NCBI GenBank assembly: GCA_965198175.1
Contig: OZ240245.1
Span: forward strand, 4,512,001 to 4,576,000
Source: Candidatus Poribacteria bacterium
GTDB taxonomy: Bacteria; Poribacteria; WGA-4E; PCPOR2b
Reading direction: 5' to 3'
DNA length: 64,000 nt
The position numbers and the translations under genes were made by a program. The notes under the pieces were generated by a model. The model was not told the origin of the DNA. It ran no database searches and saw nothing but the letters and a program-made list of their open reading frames with translations. Below, piece after piece: positions 63,443 to 64,000 of the stretch (position 1 is its first letter; every line of letters begins with the position of its first letter).

Positions 63443-64000
63443 TTAAATTTCATTCTTTTCCCACAGCGGTTCTAGCGCGGTTTTCAGCTTTTTCATCGCC
63501 CGATGGAGGTGAATCTTTACGGTGCCTTCCGCTATACCGAGCACTTCCGCAATTTCATTGAGTTGTAAGCCGTCATAACGATTCAGCATGAAGACCGCTT
63601 TTTGGTTTGGCGAAAGCCGATCAACTGCGTCACGAATAATGCGATGCCGATCCTTTTCTTCAACTTGCCACTCAGGATTGCTTCTCAAATCATCTGCCAT
63701 AGGCTCATCAATTGATAGCTCTTCGTCGTCAAGTGAGTATGCCATTCGCCGAGATTTCGAGCGGTGATGATCGATTGACAGGTTATAGGCGATTCTATAG
63801 AGCCATGTCGAAAAGCGCGCTTGAGGTCGCCAGTCTCCAAGCGCACGGTAGACCTTGACAAACACCTCAATGGTCAATTCTTCAGCATCTTCATAATTAT
63901 TGACAGATCTGAGTAGGTAGTAAAAGATTTTGTGCTTATACCGCTTCATTAGTTCATCGAATGCGTCTTGCCGACCAGCTTGAAAGTGTGCGACCAATAT
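63443..64000 (-). CDS. ECF sigma factor (5' end beyond window)
   Basis: 'AFDELM.RY', 'DAEELT.EVF.K', 'FSTWLYRIA.N..ID', 'EIAEVLGIAEGTVK.HLHRA'. Confidence 0.95.
   Translation of the reverse strand: MLVAHFQAGRQDAFDELMKRYKHKIFYYLLRSVNNYEDAEELTIEVFVKVYRALGDWRPQARFSTWLYRIAYNLSIDHHRSKSRRMAYSLDDEELSIDEPMADDLRSNPEWQVEEKDRHRIIRDAVDRLSPNQKAVFMLNRYDGLQLNEIAEVLGIAEGTVKIHLHRAMKKLKTALEPLWEKNEI

Overview
64 kb of bacterial chromosome. The lineage is most likely Candidatus Poribacteria or another FCB-like group; this is an inference from the FlgD/T9SS-type C-terminal tail 'NYPNPFNPETW...AAYWDGRN' and the ECF-sigma fusion style. Contents in order: (1) 1-12.7 kb, a candidate trans-envelope signalling locus: giant propeller/Ig/FlgD-tail protein, PorV-like barrel fused to a transglutaminase-like domain, FecR-like protein with a degenerate copy of that domain, CHASE2 histidine kinase, NtrC-type activator, and an RpoD-like sigma gene preceded by a perfect sigma54 -24/-12 promoter and paired enhancer palindromes; (2) Zn-dependent alcohol dehydrogenase and an ECF sigma fusion; (3) a Type I restriction-modification operon carrying several inserted putative defence effectors, with a REP doublet read in-frame inside hsdM; (4) decayed genes (internally deleted 5'-nucleotidase, glycosyltransferase/radical-SAM remnant), SprT and an S66 peptidase; (5) a YtrA/GntR-ABC operon with a duplicated permease+partner module and a palindromic operator whose half-site is tandemly amplified; (6) a SNF2 helicase + sacsin-like ATPase/HNH-like pair flanked by degenerate direct repeats of a DNA methyltransferase fragment; (7) stand-alone rpoB-rpoC with their own consensus promoter, a 4-Cys insertion in RpoC and non-canonical rifampicin-pocket residues in RpoB; (8) transglutaminase-like gene and a minus-strand ECF sigma / anti-sigma / TPR / LecA-like / hydrolase / epimerase cluster. 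No rRNA, tRNA, CRISPR array, integrase or intact transposase was recognised. All family calls are by-eye motif recognition, with no database searches.
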